A DNA stretch of 64,000 bases from the human T2T-CHM13v2.0 reference genome, Homo sapiens. The stretch lies in assembly GCF_009914755.1 (NCBI RefSeq), contig NC_060939.1; one strand, 5' to 3'. Under the pieces are notes generated by a model. It did no database searches and was not told the origin of the DNA. It saw only the letters and a list, made by a program, of their open reading frames with translations. Positions 11,145 through 24,815 of the stretch are shown piece by piece. Every line of letters starts with the position of its first letter. Position 1 is the stretch's first letter. Made by a program: the position numbers and the translations under genes.

Positions 11145-12311
11145 TCATAGACAGCCTAGAGCTGCCAGCATTCCCTTAGGATCTGTGCCCTCGGGCCTGG
11201 CTTAATTTTTTCCTCTGCAAAGAGCCATCTGTAGGGCCAGAGGCTGGCAAAGCCTGACTCATTACTGGACGCCAGTTCCTTTGCCTGACTTTCAGTGATT
11301 TCTACCTTACCCTGGGGTTTTATGTTGCTTGTCTCAACACTGTCACTTCTCATTCCTCCACAAGTTGAATTGCTCACTCCAGCCACTTGAAGCATGCTCT
11401 TCTTAACACAGTTAGCTCTAGGCACATGGTTGGTGCTAAAAAGGAAAAAAAAAAGAAGAGCATTATGTCAATTTCATTGATTAACAAAAGCGATGGCTCC
11501 ACTGCAAAGCAAAGTTGATACTCCTGGGCCTCTGAGTTCAAGAGCCTTTTAGACAAATGGCTCTGAGCTAAAACATGATCATGCATGCATATGCATCTGT
11601 CTTGGTCTGATGAGATAATCTGGATACTTGCTTGTTATCCTTGAGCATTTTCCTGCCTCATTAATGTATGTGTAGCCACCACAATAATAATCATAGCTAA
11701 TAATGGCTACAGCTGAGGGCTTTCCTGAACCAGGCAGTGGTTTTAAAAACTTTAACCCCTAAAGCTGAGGACTTTCCTAAGCTAGATAGTGGCTTTGAAA
11801 ACTTTAAAGTTTTCACATAGACTGTCATTGAATAATTTCTGTTTTTCAGATCAAGAAACTGAGACTTACTATCATATTTGGGATTAAGCTAAAAAAAAAA
11901 AAAAAGAAAAGAAACAGAGGCTGAACGCTGTCAAGTATTTCACAGCCAGCAGGAAATCGGAACTTGAACCCAGGCAGTCTAGCCCTGGGATCCTTTCCCC
12001 TTACCCATTATCCAGTGTTGGCTACACAAAACTAATGAGTACATATTTTCAACTATAGTTTAAGTGGGTGACATATTTTTCACTATATTTTATGTAGGTG
12101 ACTTTCAGTTTGGGGGTATTCTACTTACACAATCTATTGAGCTGGATATTAACTGAGAGCAAACAGAAACTAATGAACTCTGAAAAACATAAAACATGAG
12201 CAACATGACGTCACTGCAAGAGACAAAACAGCACATAGCCTTCTTGTGACTGTATTTTGCTGACAGTCCATGAGCTGATAGCCTGAACTCAGCAGTGCTG
12301 TTCCCTTGGGA

Positions 12312-12312
<1 letters not shown>

Positions 12313-12362
<50 letters not shown>
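12313..12362. repeat. (CA)n microsatellite upstream of the CpG island
   Basis: Directly visible. Confidence 0.97.
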
Positions 12363-12365
<3 letters not shown>

Positions 12366-12479
12366 TTGGTGGTTTTCTGCCCCCCACCCCCACCCCAACA
12401 CACACACGAGTTGGTGGTTGTGCTGCCCGGAGCCTCCAGTCCGCGAGTGTGAAGAACGGACCAGATGGGTCCAGCAGTG

Positions 12480-13455
12480 CTGGGTCAAGGCCAGGAGGGG
12501 CAGCCGGAAGCGCGCGCATGCTCTGGACTCCTGCAGCCGCCGAAACGGGTGCGCAGGGGGCGCGCGGGTTGAGGGGTGAGGGGCGACGGGTGTGAGGGGC
12601 GAGAGGGACGGGAGCGGGGTAGGGGCAGCCCTTTCCCAGGCGATAGCGGGGGCTGTGGTGCTGTTGCCCTTTTAAGCTGCGGCTTGACAGGAGCAGCGCC
12701 TCCTGTCGGTGGAGTCTGTTACAAGGGGAGCAGCCGCCCAGGCCGCCACACAGCTCCCCGCAGAGGCCTCGGTGCCCCTTGCCATTTTCCAGCCCTACTC
12801 CGACTAGAGTTGAGGCATCAGGGAGAGGCGGAGCTGGGAGAGCGCCGCCGAGAGGTCCCGCGGGTGGTTGCGGCCGTGACAGCGGCTCCCGACGGGCTCA
12901 CCTTCCGCGCCCCTCCCGCCAGAGGTGAGAGTAAAATGTCCGTGTGAGGGTTCAAGGCCAAGCTGAAGTTGTTGGCCTCTATCTTCCACAAGAACCAGGA
13001 GCCGCCGCCGCAGCTCACGCTCCACTGCAACATCACGGTGAGGCGCCCAGTGGCGGCCTCACGGGGCAGGGCGAGGGCGGAGAGGAGGCGCCCAGAGTCC
13101 CGGGACAAAGGCGAGCCTGCCCGGGAGAGGCCCCGGTTCCCCAGGCGGGGCGAGCGCGCCCCTTTCTCCCGCTACTGGCCCGCCCCGCTGTGTGAGGCTT
13201 GCGTGGGAGGAGGGGGAGGGCGCGTCTCTCTGGCTCCTTGCCGCGGGGCTGGCTTGGGGGCTGCCGGCACCTCTCGCCCCAGTCGCTGCGCCCTGAGGTG
13301 GGAGCCCGCGTCGCCCGCAGACCTTTTGGGGCCCATGATCGCCCTCAGTCAGCTAGCCTGCTCCCCTGGACCGCGACGGGGAGTGGCAGGGCGGCTCCCG
13401 CTGTTGTTTGAGCCCAGTGAGGGAAGGGGAAAGGCCTTTAAGATTTTCGGTTTTT
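12480..13455. promoter_or_regulatory. CpG island / duplicated UBE2Q2 promoter
   Basis: GC- and CpG-dense stretch surrounding UBE2Q2-like exon 1. Confidence 0.85.
12936..13037 (+). pseudogene. UBE2Q2P: UBE2Q2 duplicate, exon 1 coding part
   Basis: Reads MSV*GFKAKLKLLASIFHKNQEPPPQLTLHCNIT|gtgagg versus UBE2Q2 [22 protein letters not shown]...PPPLTLHCNIT. It has a TGA at codon 4 and an internal in-frame deletion. Confidence 0.92.
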
Positions 13456-13456
13456 T

Positions 13457-13612
13457 GGCCGGGCGCAGTGCTCATTCCTGTAATCCCAGCACTATGGGAG
13501 ACTGAGGCAGCTGGATCTCCTGAGGTCAGGAGTTCTAGACCAGCCTGGCCAACATGGTAAAACCCTGTCTCTACTAAAAATACAAAAATTAGCCGGGCAT
13601 GGTGGCAGGCGC
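13457..13612 (+). mobile_element. Alu left arm (truncated)
   Basis: GGCCGGGCGCAGTGCTCATTCCTGTAATCCCAGCAC...AAAAATTAGCCGGGC. Confidence 0.92.
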
Positions 13613-13614
13613 TT

Positions 13615-13903
13615 CTTGAGATGGAGTCTCACTCTGTCGCCCAGGCTGGAGTGCAGTGGAGCGATCTCGGCATACTGCAGCCTCCATCTCTTGACAGTCT
13701 GTGGGTTCAAGCGATTCTCCTGCCTCAGCCTCCCGAGTAGCTGGGATTACGGGAGCCCGCCACCACGCCTGGCTAACTTTTGTGTTGTTTAGTAGAGACG
13801 GGGTTTCATCATGTTGGCCAGGCTGGTCTCGAACTCCTGACCTCAAATGACCCATCTCTGCCTCCCAGAGTTCTGGGATTACAGGCCTGAGCCACCGCGC
13901 CCA
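13615..13903 (-). mobile_element. AluS, antisense
   Basis: TTGAGATGGAGTCTCACTCTGTCGCCCAGGCTGGAGTGCAGTGG...GAGCCACCGCGCCCAG. Confidence 0.93.
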
Positions 13904-13970
13904 GATCCAAGGCCCTTAAGCTTAAATGCCTCGTTCTTCAGTCAGGTTTTCCTTGTTCCCGCATGTTCAG

Positions 13971-14120
13971 CCAATCGTGTTTAAGGAGAAACTAACAATG
14001 AAAACGGACTCGTTGATGGAGGAAAAGTTGGAATGCAGCCTCTGGTGCTGTTTGAGCGATCCCTCTATCCCGGGTCGCTGCTGTGTTCTGGAAAGGCGCA
14101 TTGTACCCTGGATGCAGCAG
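13971..14120 (+). pseudogene. UBE2Q2P: UBE2Q2 duplicate, alternative exon 1b (150 nt, open, phase 0)
   Basis: ttcag|PIVFKEKLTMKTDSLMEEKLECSLWCCLSDPSIPGRCCVLERRIVPWMQQ|gtaag, resembling a UBE2Q2 alternative N-terminus. Confidence 0.75.
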
Positions 14121-15032
14121 GTAAGAGTCCTGTCCAGGTGCTCTGCCCGCTTTTTCTTTCAGGCTTCTGTATCAGCTGTTTTTCCCCTGTAGAATGTGCC
14201 CCTGACAGCCACCCCCTAACCCTACCCAATTTGTCTTTACGTGTCTGACCATCAAGGCTCTTCTGGGTCATATTTAATTCATGCTGATATTTCCCCTTCC
14301 TCCCCTCTTTAGTCCTCACTATTTTTGCTTTGGTTATGTTATGCTGTATTCTGTAAGGCTTTAAAAAAAATTTTTATGGTGGCAGGGGAGAATGTTTTAT
14401 AATTATGCTTTGTGCTTTTTATCTTCCACTCAATAAATGCTTGGTAAATATTTGTTTTATTGAATGTATGACCCTATTCTAGCTATATTGTGCTTGAACA
14501 AAAACCTTAACTGCCTTGTAAGTTAACTGCTAAGAATTTGTCAGAAGTGCAGACATAACATCAAGAACTTGTCATGGATAGTACAAAAAGGTCTCTAAGG
14601 GCTTGATGGAGGCCTGTAAATTGACTTCCTATGAAAGAGAGTGTAAGAAGTGAAAATGTAAAGCATGACTGGAGAGCCAGAGTGATGAAGCCAGGGTCCC
14701 TTTCTCCAGATCCTTTGTAACAGTGTTATGTGATCTCTTCTAGAAGATCGTTCTGAAAGATAATGCTAACTCGGAACCTAGGAAACCATCCAGTGGGTTT
14801 CTGCAGCTTAGGTGTTTCAAATCCTCATCAGCACGTTTGTTTTCTCTGCCTCAGTTTGCTTACAATGATGTTCTCAGTAGCTACAATTGCTGTCTTTGAA
14901 TATGTAAGCATTTTTTTTTAGATGACAGGGATATATGTGCATTTTTATTTTACCAAGTGTTAGAATTTTTACTCTGCTTTTGTGGGCTCTGGGTTAGCTA
15001 CTTGGTTGTTGTAAAATGATTAGCAGGGAAAG

Positions 15033-15033
<1 letters not shown>

Positions 15034-15082
<49 letters not shown>
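15034..15082. repeat. (TG)n microsatellite
   Basis: Directly visible; its homologue is the (CA)n at ~52430-52458. Confidence 0.97.
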
Positions 15083-15084
<2 letters not shown>

Positions 15085-15244
15085 TTTCTTTTGTTGTCAG
15101 AGGACTTAGAATTTTATTTTATATGGTAATTCTGTCAATTTACTTTATTCTCCACCCCACATTTATTGAACAGCAAATTATGAAAGTAATGTGTCCCATA
15201 AGCAGCCTTCAGAAGAATTACAACTGCTGTATATCTGAAATTCT

Positions 15245-15540
15245 TTTTTTTATTTTTTATTTTGAGATGGAGTCTCACTCTATCACCCAAGCTGGAGTAC
15301 AGTGGTGCAATCTTGGCTCACTGGAACCTCTGCTGCCCAGGTTCAAGCAATTCTCCTGCCTCAGCCTCCTGAGTAGCTGGGATTACAGGCACCTGCCACC
15401 GCACCTGGCTAATTTTTGTAGCTTTAGTAGAGACAGGTTTCACCATGTTGGCCAGGCTGGTCTTGAATTCCTGACCTCGTGATCAGCCTGCCTCAGCCTC
15501 CCAAAGTGCTGGGATTACAGGTGTGAGCTACCGCACCTGG
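15245..15540 (-). mobile_element. AluS (Sg-like), absent from the paralogous copy
   Basis: Full antisense Alu flanked by CTGAAATTC / CTGAACTTTC. Confidence 0.92.
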
Positions 15541-16856
15541 CTGAACTTTCAAGAAGAAGTTTGTGCATCAGTTTTCAAAAAATTATGATATCAAAAGATA
15601 GCTGTGCCCTACATTTGGAAAGATACAAAAACTGAACATACTGGCAGGCAGTTTTGCTTGCTGGTGCTTGAGATAGAGGCACACATTGGTCTCAGTGGAA
15701 TTATGGAGAAAAATAGATAAAGTTATGTCTAAATAAGACCAAAAAATCCTTTTCTTAAGCAGTGACAGGTAAAGAGGTTGTCTTGACTAACCTTGAATTG
15801 TGTTGCCCTTGATTGAGACAGTTTTATGGTGGGATGGTAGTGGTGATAAACTTGCTGGAAATTTGTCTGCTTATAGTAACCTTTGTGGTAGCTGTCACAG
15901 ACAACTTCATCTTCACAGGCCTTGAAATTAGTATAAAACTAACAGAATGGAGGAGAAACAAAGGACCTGAATAATTAGATGCTTAGATAATTGTTCCGTG
16001 TTTTCATAACTGGTGAAAAAGAGCAGTATTAGAAGCACTTACACATTCTATAGAAGGAACACTGCCTGAATTTATATTGCGATTTTTGAGCACCATTAAC
16101 TGTATAAAAACAGGCATATTGTAGGTAATATTTTAAAGACAAACAGAAAATTTATCTTTTCAAGATGGATCTAAAACTTATCAAAATTACAAAATTTAAA
16201 ACGTGATTGAAAAATATTAATGCATAGGTTTAAATATTGGTCATTTTAAATGTCTTTCAAAATAGATTGTCTCTTAAATATTCAACTGAACAAACTTTGA
16301 ACATGTAGAGTTTGTGCCGAAGGTTAAATTTCCTGGGGTGATGGATATTTTGTAATATGGAAAACAAAACCTTCTTATTTTAAGAAATTTAGAAAACTTT
16401 TAGGCAAAACTAGAAAATATTACCTATGTAATTCTACCACTCAGAAGGTGCCACTGTCAGAAATTTGTATCTTTCCAGTCATCTGCTCACCTCTTTTCTC
16501 CTGTGCTTATATATGTTTCCTCTCCCTTAAAAATCAGATATTTGTTTGTAATCTGCTTTTTCACTCAACAGTATTGTAGATCCATGTTATAACTTACTCC
16601 TCTACATTGCCTTCAGTTATTGTGTGCTTTCTGTTGGATGACTTTACCATGTAGTCAGTCATGTTTTCTGGTACTGAATACATACGGGTATGTGTGTGTG
16701 TGCGTGCGTGTGTGTGTGCGTATTTTTTTGTAACTTAACTAATGCTTTAGACATCAGTAGGTAGACGTAAATCCTTGAAACCTTCCACGTGGTGACTTTC
16801 AGTTCTCATTGCTGAATTTGTTTCCAGAGATGGAAGAAATTATATTGTATGGGAAC

Positions 16857-17193
<337 letters not shown>

Positions 17194-18029
17194 TAAAAAT
17201 GTTAGAAAGTGTGCAATGAAATGGGCATTCTTACAGTCATGGCAAAAAATATAATTATCTTTGACTTTCTAGAAAGTAGTTTGGCTTTCTAGAAACTTGT
17301 TTGAATTCTCCCTGTTTAGGCAGGATGAATTCTCACTACCCCAAGGTGGCCAACCTTGTCCCTGTGATTCCATCTCTCCCAGAAAGAGAGGTCTAGTCTC
17401 AGGGAAAACCCAGATTTGTTTGGCTTAGCCCACCTGACAGCTAATCACTGGAAATGGGGTGGGCTGGTAGAATCCTTTGGTCAGGCTTTGTGTTGAGAGA
17501 GAGGTGGAAAGATGGGAGGGAGGTAGCAAAACTTGCCTCAGTGGAACTATGTAAGTTAATATAGAATGGCAAAAGGATGTTTCTTCCAAGGAAGAAATTC
17601 TAGGGAAGCAAGAAAGTGGAGGGGAAGGCAGCAGTTCTCCAAGTTTTGGGGTCAGGATTCCTTTACACTCTTAAAAATACATTGAGGGCCCAAGGAGCTT
17701 TGGTTTATGTAGGGTATATCTATTGGTATTTATCACTAGAAATTAAATCAGAAATATTTAAAATATTCTTTAAAAGCTCACCACATATTGTTATAAATGC
17801 TTTTATGAAAAGAAAATTTCTAAACCCAAAGTAGTACAATCTTACACCTTTTGCAAATTTTTTTGATGTTTGATATGTCATTTGCATGATGTTTGACATG
17901 TCATTAGCAAATTGATATGTCAGTTTGCTTCTGCATTCAATTTATTGTGTGATATTTTCTTGAAAAAATGTGAACAAAGACCAATCTCATACAGATAACA
18001 TTTTAGATCATTGTGGATATATATATATT

Positions 18030-18230
18030 TTTTGAGATGAGGTCTTGCCCTGTTGCCCAGGCTGGAAGGTAGTGGTGTGATCACAGCTCACTGCAGCCTC
18101 AGTCTCCGGGGACTCAGGTGATCCTCCCACCTCAGCCTCCGGAGTAGCTGGGACTACAGGTGTGTACCACCACATTTGGCTAACTTTTTGTATTTTTTGT
18201 AGAGACAGGGTTTTGCCATGTTGCCTAGGC
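18030..18230 (-). mobile_element. AluJ-like fragment
   Basis: Partial antisense Alu; its paralogue is at 49602-49815. Confidence 0.88.
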
Positions 18231-18804
18231 TTCTTTTTTGATACTCCATCAAATCTTGGTTTTTCTTGAACTTTGGATCTTCCACCCTTGCATGATATTA
18301 CAACATCGTGCATTGGTCACTTATAAAATAGTGGTTCACTAGGATCTTCTACATGTTGATACATTTGATTGTACAGTATCAAAATACATTCATCAATACC
18401 ACCATCAATCTCATCAGAATACTTTTGGAAAGTGATGGTGGACATAAGTTTTCTAAAATTCTAATTTTTTGTTCAAAAGCTTGAATTTTATTAGTAATTT
18501 TGTTATTGAATTTTATTATAGCCTGTCTGTTGTTTTCCTTGAAATGACAGAATCTCATGTTTTGAGAAAATATCTGCCAGAAATGCGAGTTAAAATAACA
18601 TTTTTTGTCAGTCAGCCTTTCAAGTAAAAATGGTATTCCATTAAAGTGGTTAATTCACTTCATGACTTAGTCACTCAAGGGTTTTTTTCTCAGGCAGCCT
18701 GTAGGAATGCTCATGTATACTTCCCATTTCATCACTTGAAATATTAAAAAGATATATTCAAGGATTTAGATATAGTAAAATATTCACTGCTTCATCATAG
18801 ACAT

Positions 18805-19095
18805 TTTTTTTTTTTTTAATTTTTGAGATATGGCCTTGTTCTGTCGCTGAGGCTGGAGTGCAGTAGCGTAGTCACAGCTCACTGCAGCCTCAACTTTCTG
18901 GGTTCAGTCAATCCTCCTGCCTCAGCCTTCCAAGACGCTGGGACTACAGGCATGCAGCCACTGTGTTCAGCTAATTTTTGTATTTTTTGTAGAGATGAGG
19001 TTTCACCAGGTTGCCCATGCAGGTCTTGAACTCCCGGGCTCAAGGGATCCCCCTGCCTGGGCCTTCCAAAGTGCTGGAATTACAGACATGAGCCA
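18805..19095 (-). mobile_element. AluJ-like
   Basis: Diverged antisense Alu with a poly(T) start. Confidence 0.88.
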
Positions 19096-19152
19096 AAATT
19101 CCCAACCTTATCATAGACATTCTTAAATGAAACTAACCTTTTGTTGCCCTTC

Positions 19153-19450
19153 CTTTTTATTTTTATTTTTGAAGACGGAGTTTTGCTCTGTTGCCCAGTC
19201 TGGAGTTACATAGGTGCAATTTCAGCTCAAGGCAACCTCTGCCTCCCAGGTTCAAGTGATTCTCCTGCCTCAGCCTCCTAAGTATTTGGGAATACAGGCA
19301 TGCACCACCACACCGAGCTAATTTTTGTATTTTTAGTAGAGATGGGGTTTCACCATGTTGGCCAAGCTGGTCTCAAACTCCTGACCTTAGGTGATCCGTC
19401 GACCTCAGCCTCCCGAAGCACTGGGATTACAGGCGTAGGCCACCATGCCC
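19153..19450 (-). mobile_element. AluS
   Basis: Antisense Alu consensus motifs. Confidence 0.9.
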
Positions 19451-20008
19451 CACCCACCCTTCCTTTTTAAACCTTTCCTGTTCATAGTGAAGAATACCAT
19501 GACTACTAGTAGTAGTTTGGTGTTACTGCCTTTGTTTGTGCTAAAGTACCAGCATTTTTACCCACCATTGTATTTGCACACTTACAGCAAATGTCACCAT
19601 GTTAATATTCCTGTCAAAATAGTTTGGACTTGGGGGTCTGAGGGCCGCACTTTGGGAACCATTGAAATAGGTACTTAGACGTACTAGATATCATATCTTT
19701 TCATCTACAAGGTTTTTAAAAACTTGATTTCAGTTAATTTTTTTTTTGTAATTTTTAAAATATGGTTTTGAGGGGTTTCAGTCCAGAGCAACAACACATA
19801 TTTTATTTTGCTTACGCTGAAGTTTACTAGAAAATACTAACCTAACAGAATGAAGTCCTAAATCTAATTGCAATTTCCTTAGCCAAAATAAAAAAAACCC
19901 AAAATTAAAAGCGTAAAAATAGTCCATATGGTGTATTCTCAGTGTATGCTGAAGAATTTATAGAAGAAAATGCAATACTCAGTAAGTGGTGTTCTTTAAG
20001 AATAGGAT

Positions 20009-20320
20009 TGGCTGGGCGCAGTGGCTCACGCCTGTAATTCCAACACTTTGGGAGGCCGAGGTGGGCGGATCATCTGAGATCAGGGGTTCGAGACCAGCCT
20101 GACCAACATGGAGAAACCCCGTCTCTACTAAAAATACAAAATTAGTGGGGCATGATGGCACGTGCCTGTAATCCCAGCTACTCAGGAAGGCTGAGGCAGG
20201 AGAATTGCTTGAACCCGGGAGGTGGAGGTTGTGATGAGCTGAGATCGTGCCACTGCATTCCAGCCTGGGCAACAGGAGCGAAACTCGGTCTCAAAAAAAA
20301 AAACAAAAAAAGAAAAAAAA
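20009..20320 (+). mobile_element. AluSp-like
   Basis: GGCTGGGCGCAGTGGCTCACGCC...CCTGACCAACATGGAGAAACCCC...A tail. Confidence 0.93.
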
Positions 20321-20496
20321 GAATAGGAGTAATTCTGGAGTTTCTTTTAGCCTGTAGGAGTAATTCTGAAGAGTTTCTTTTAGCCTGTAAAGAGATTTGG
20401 AACACAGTAAGAGAGGAATGAGAAGAATGAGAATAGTAAAATAAACCATTATTGAAGAGATATACTGTTAATGATGTCCTCCATCAATACAACTTG

Positions 20497-20806
20497 TTTT
20501 TCTTTTTTTTTTTTTTTTTGTTTTTTGAGATGGAGTCTTGCTCTATCGCCAGCCTGGAGTGCAGTGGACATCTCAGCCCACTGAAACCTCTGCCTCCCGG
20601 GTTCAAGTGATTCCCCTGCCTCAGCCTCCTGAGTAGCTGGGACTACAGGCACCCGCCAGCGCGCCCAGCTAATTTTTTTGTATTTTTTTAGTAGAGATGG
20701 GGTTTCTCCGTGTTAGCCAGGACGGTCTCGATCTCCTGACCTCGTGATCCGCCCACCTCGGCCTCCCAAAGTGCTGAGATTAGAGGCGCGAGCCACCGTG
20801 CCCGGC
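20497..20806 (-). mobile_element. AluY/Sc-like
   Basis: Contains GTGTTAGCCAGGACGGTCTCGATCTCCTGACCTCGTGATCC. Confidence 0.92.
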
Positions 20807-21179
20807 CCATCTTGTTTTTCTTAAAAAGGAACCTTCAGTAAATATTTGGTTTCTGTGGCTTCAGCTTTAATTCAGATTACAGTTTTCAAAGCAGTGTTGC
20901 CTAAAGTTGTTTGTGCAAAATTGTTTTCTGTGACTTCAACCTAGTTATTCTGAAGCTAATATATAATAATAATGGTTTTTCCCCAATTTATAATAGAGAA
21001 CAGTACAAAGTAACAGCAGAAATGTCTGTTAGTGGGTGAAAGCACATAATGCATAGTTCATTAGCTTTTTTAAAAAATCACATGTAATTGTGTTACAAAA
21101 ATATATGTATAGTAATGGCATTTACTTGGTATTACCTGGTTTGTGTGATAGAATAAAATATTAGAATTTTATGGTGTTT

Positions 21180-21710
21180 GAGTTAGTTATCTATTGCTCT
21201 GTAACAAACTGAGCAGCTTAAAATAACAAACATTATCTCAGTTTCTGTGGGTCAGGATTCTGTCCAGTTTACCTTGGGTTCACTGGCTTGGCCTCTCACC
21301 AGGCAGTGAAGGTGTTGGTGGTGGCTGTGATCATCCCAAGGCAGGATAGGGAGAGAATCTGTCTCCAAGATCAGGTTGGCAGGATTCATCTCAGAGGCTG
21401 CTGGACTGGGCCTCCGTTTCTAGATGGCCATTGGTCAGAGGCCTTTTACAATACCTTGTCACGTGGGCCTCTCCATAGGGCACCTCATCACATGGCAACT
21501 GGCTTCCATCAGAGGGAGCAATGGAAAGAGCAGGAGAAGGGTGACCAAGGCAGGCATCGTAGTCTCCTTGTAGCCTCACCTCAGAAGCGATGTTACTTTT
21601 GCTGTATTCTCTTTGTTAGAAGTGAGTCACTAGGTCCAGGGGTGGAATTTTACAAGGGTGTGAATGGCAGGAGGTGAGGGTGATCAGGGCCATTTAGAGG
21701 CTGCCTACCA
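21180..21710 (-). mobile_element. MLT1-family MaLR LTR (old)
   Basis: TAGTTATCTATTGCT...GCTTAAAATAACAAACATT...CAGTTTCTGTGGGTCAGGA...GGGCCATTTAGAGGCTGCCTACCA. Confidence 0.7.
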
Positions 21711-21943
21711 GCGTTGAAGAAAGTTGTTGACTTCTATGAGCTGTAGCAGCAGACAGTGCTATGCAAGGAGAATGGCTGTCTCAGAAGTCCAGCTCCTCAC
21801 ATGGGTTTAAACGTGTTGCCTTTTCCCCCTGATACATTTTGTTTAAATCCATGGTCATCTTGCCATTTAGTGGTGTGGTTTAATTGCATATTTGGGTTAG
21901 TCTGTATGTAAACATTTAACATAGGTGTCTCTGGGTTAAACAG

Positions 21944-22045
21944 GAATCCTATTCATCTTCTTCACCGATATGGTCTGTGGACTCTGATGAGCCAAATCTG
22001 ACATCAGTTCTGGAACGTCTAGAAGATACTAAGGAGAACAGTTCG
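21944..22045 (+). pseudogene. UBE2Q2P: UBE2Q2 duplicate, exon 2
   Basis: acag|[34 protein letters not shown]|gtgagg versus UBE2Q2 [33 protein letters not shown]. No later UBE2Q2 exons were seen. Confidence 0.93.
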
Positions 22046-22730
22046 GTGAGGAAAGAAACCAAGCTATTTTCTCTTTTCCTCATGAACATTATATTTAGAA
22101 ATTAAATGTTAAGTGATAATATTATATAAAAACATGATTAACAACTGTAATCTTAGAGGAATTAAAGTCTGGGTATTTTAAGTCCTCCAAATCTTATTTA
22201 CTACCTGGTTTCTCTTTATTATTTCCCACATGTATAATCTTAGTTTAGATTAGCAATTCGGGATCTCTTTTTCCCTGAATTCTAACCATTAAGCCAAGCA
22301 AGCATTTTGGGTGGAGACCACTAGCCAAGGTGGGAAGTAGAAAGAAGACCAAGGTGGAAGTGAAGGGAGAGATGGGGAGAATGACACCAAAACTAGTGGG
22401 AGGGGATTGCCTTTTCTTTCAAGGGTCTGTAAGTCTGCAGTAAAAGTCAAAGGTATTCAAATAGGAAGTTTGTTTTTGTCTTTAGTATATAAAGAAGCAT
22501 AACTTTCCATTTTGCAAAAACTTTAGAAACCTTTTTTTCTTGATTATAAAACTTATAAGCAACCATTATTGAGAAGATTAGTAAAATATAAAAAAATAAA
22601 AATCTCACATAATTTCTCTACCTAATATAACTACTGTTGACATGATAGCTAGTTTCTATCAGTATGTATTGCTTCTTTGTTATCAAAGTACTTATACCCT
22701 TACAGATATGTTTAAATAGTTGAGGTCATA

Positions 22731-23590
<860 letters not shown>

Positions 23591-24305
23591 AGCCAGAGGC
23601 TCTGGGGGGTGAGGGAGCAGAAACCCTCCTCACCCCAGCCAACGGGGACCTGTATACCTCTGCCAGTCTCTCACTTGGCCTTGCTGCTGTCCTCTGAGAC
23701 TGCCTGTTCCTCCCTCTCTGTGACTCTACACCACCATCACCTCCTCCAGGAAGTCCTCTGGATTGACTCCTAGCTTATTACATCTTTATTGTGCAGACCC
23801 TCTCCATTCAAAGCCCCTCTTCAACTGCCCCCCCCCCCCACTACCTCCAAGACAGAGATTCTGGATTCTTGCAACTGCAGCCCCTCAGAGAGTGTAAGAG
23901 GGGCAGAAAAAGGAGATCAGGAGGTGAGGGAAGCAGCGCTGTCAGAGTTTCCAAAGCCCCGGCCAGCAAGGCCTCAGAGGCCTCTGTTGGAGTGGGGGCC
24001 TCCCTGGCTATGCGCTCCAGCTGCACAAGGCAGCCTCTGTGAGCCTCTCCCACTCAGCCCTACAGGAAGCAGCAGGGCCCAGCCTCAATGGACCCATTCA
24101 GACCCCAGCGCTCCGGAAAGTACCTCTGCTTTCTGCCACCATTCCACTCTGGCCAAACAGGCTCTACTCTCTTCTGATGGGAGGAGGCCGCAGGCAGGTG
24201 GTTCAGTGGTTAGGGCCAACCATCTACTTCAGTTCCTGTCTGGCCCAGATCTCTGACGTTGACCATGCCCTAGTGGGTGTATGTATACCTTTAGTGCAAG
24301 GGTGG

Positions 24306-24815
24306 TGTGACAGTTAATACTGAGTGTCAACTTGATTGGGGTGAAGGCTGCAAAGTATTGACCTACTGGAAGTGTCTGTGAGGGCATTGTAAAAGGAGAT
24401 AAACATTTGAGTCAGTGGGCTGGGGAAGGCAGACCCACCTTTAATACTGGTGGGTACCATCTTTCTAATCAGCTGCTAGCGAATATAAAGCAGGCAGAAA
24501 AACATGAAAAGGTAAGATTGGCCTAGCTTCCCAGCCTACATCTTTCTCCCATGCTGGACACTTCCTGCCCTCTAACATCGGACTCCAGGTTCTTCAGTTT
24601 TGAGACTCGGATTGGCTCTCCTTGCTCCTCAAACTTGCAGACAGCCTATTGTGGGACCTTGTGATTGTGTAAGTTAATACTTCATAAACTCCCCTTTATA
24701 TATCTATCTATATCTATATCTATATCTATTATCTATATCTATATCTATTATCTATATCTATATCTGTCTATATCTCCTATTAGTTCTGTCCCTCTAGGGA
24801 ACCCTGATTAACACA
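24306..24815 (+). mobile_element. MLT2A1-like (ERVL) solo LTR
   Basis: TGTGACAGTTAATACTGAGTGTCAACTTGATTGG...GAACCCTGATTAACACA, with a perfect 5-bp TSD GGTGG (24301-24305 / 24816-24820) and an internal (TATATC)n expansion. Confidence 0.92.

Larger units (their letters stand above)
17629..19663. mobile_element. hAT-Charlie DNA transposon remnant with nested Alus
   Basis: Left end CAGCAGTTCTCCAAGTTTTGGGGTCAGGATTCCTTTACACTCTTAAAAAT and right end CACTTTGGGAACCATTG resemble Charlie terminal inverted repeats. Confidence 0.6.

Noticed and set aside
20325-20388. ~32-bp direct repeat GGAGTAATTCTG..GAGTTTCTTTTAGCCTGTA
   Set aside because: It has only two copies next to an Alu tail and is an ordinary local duplication, not an array.
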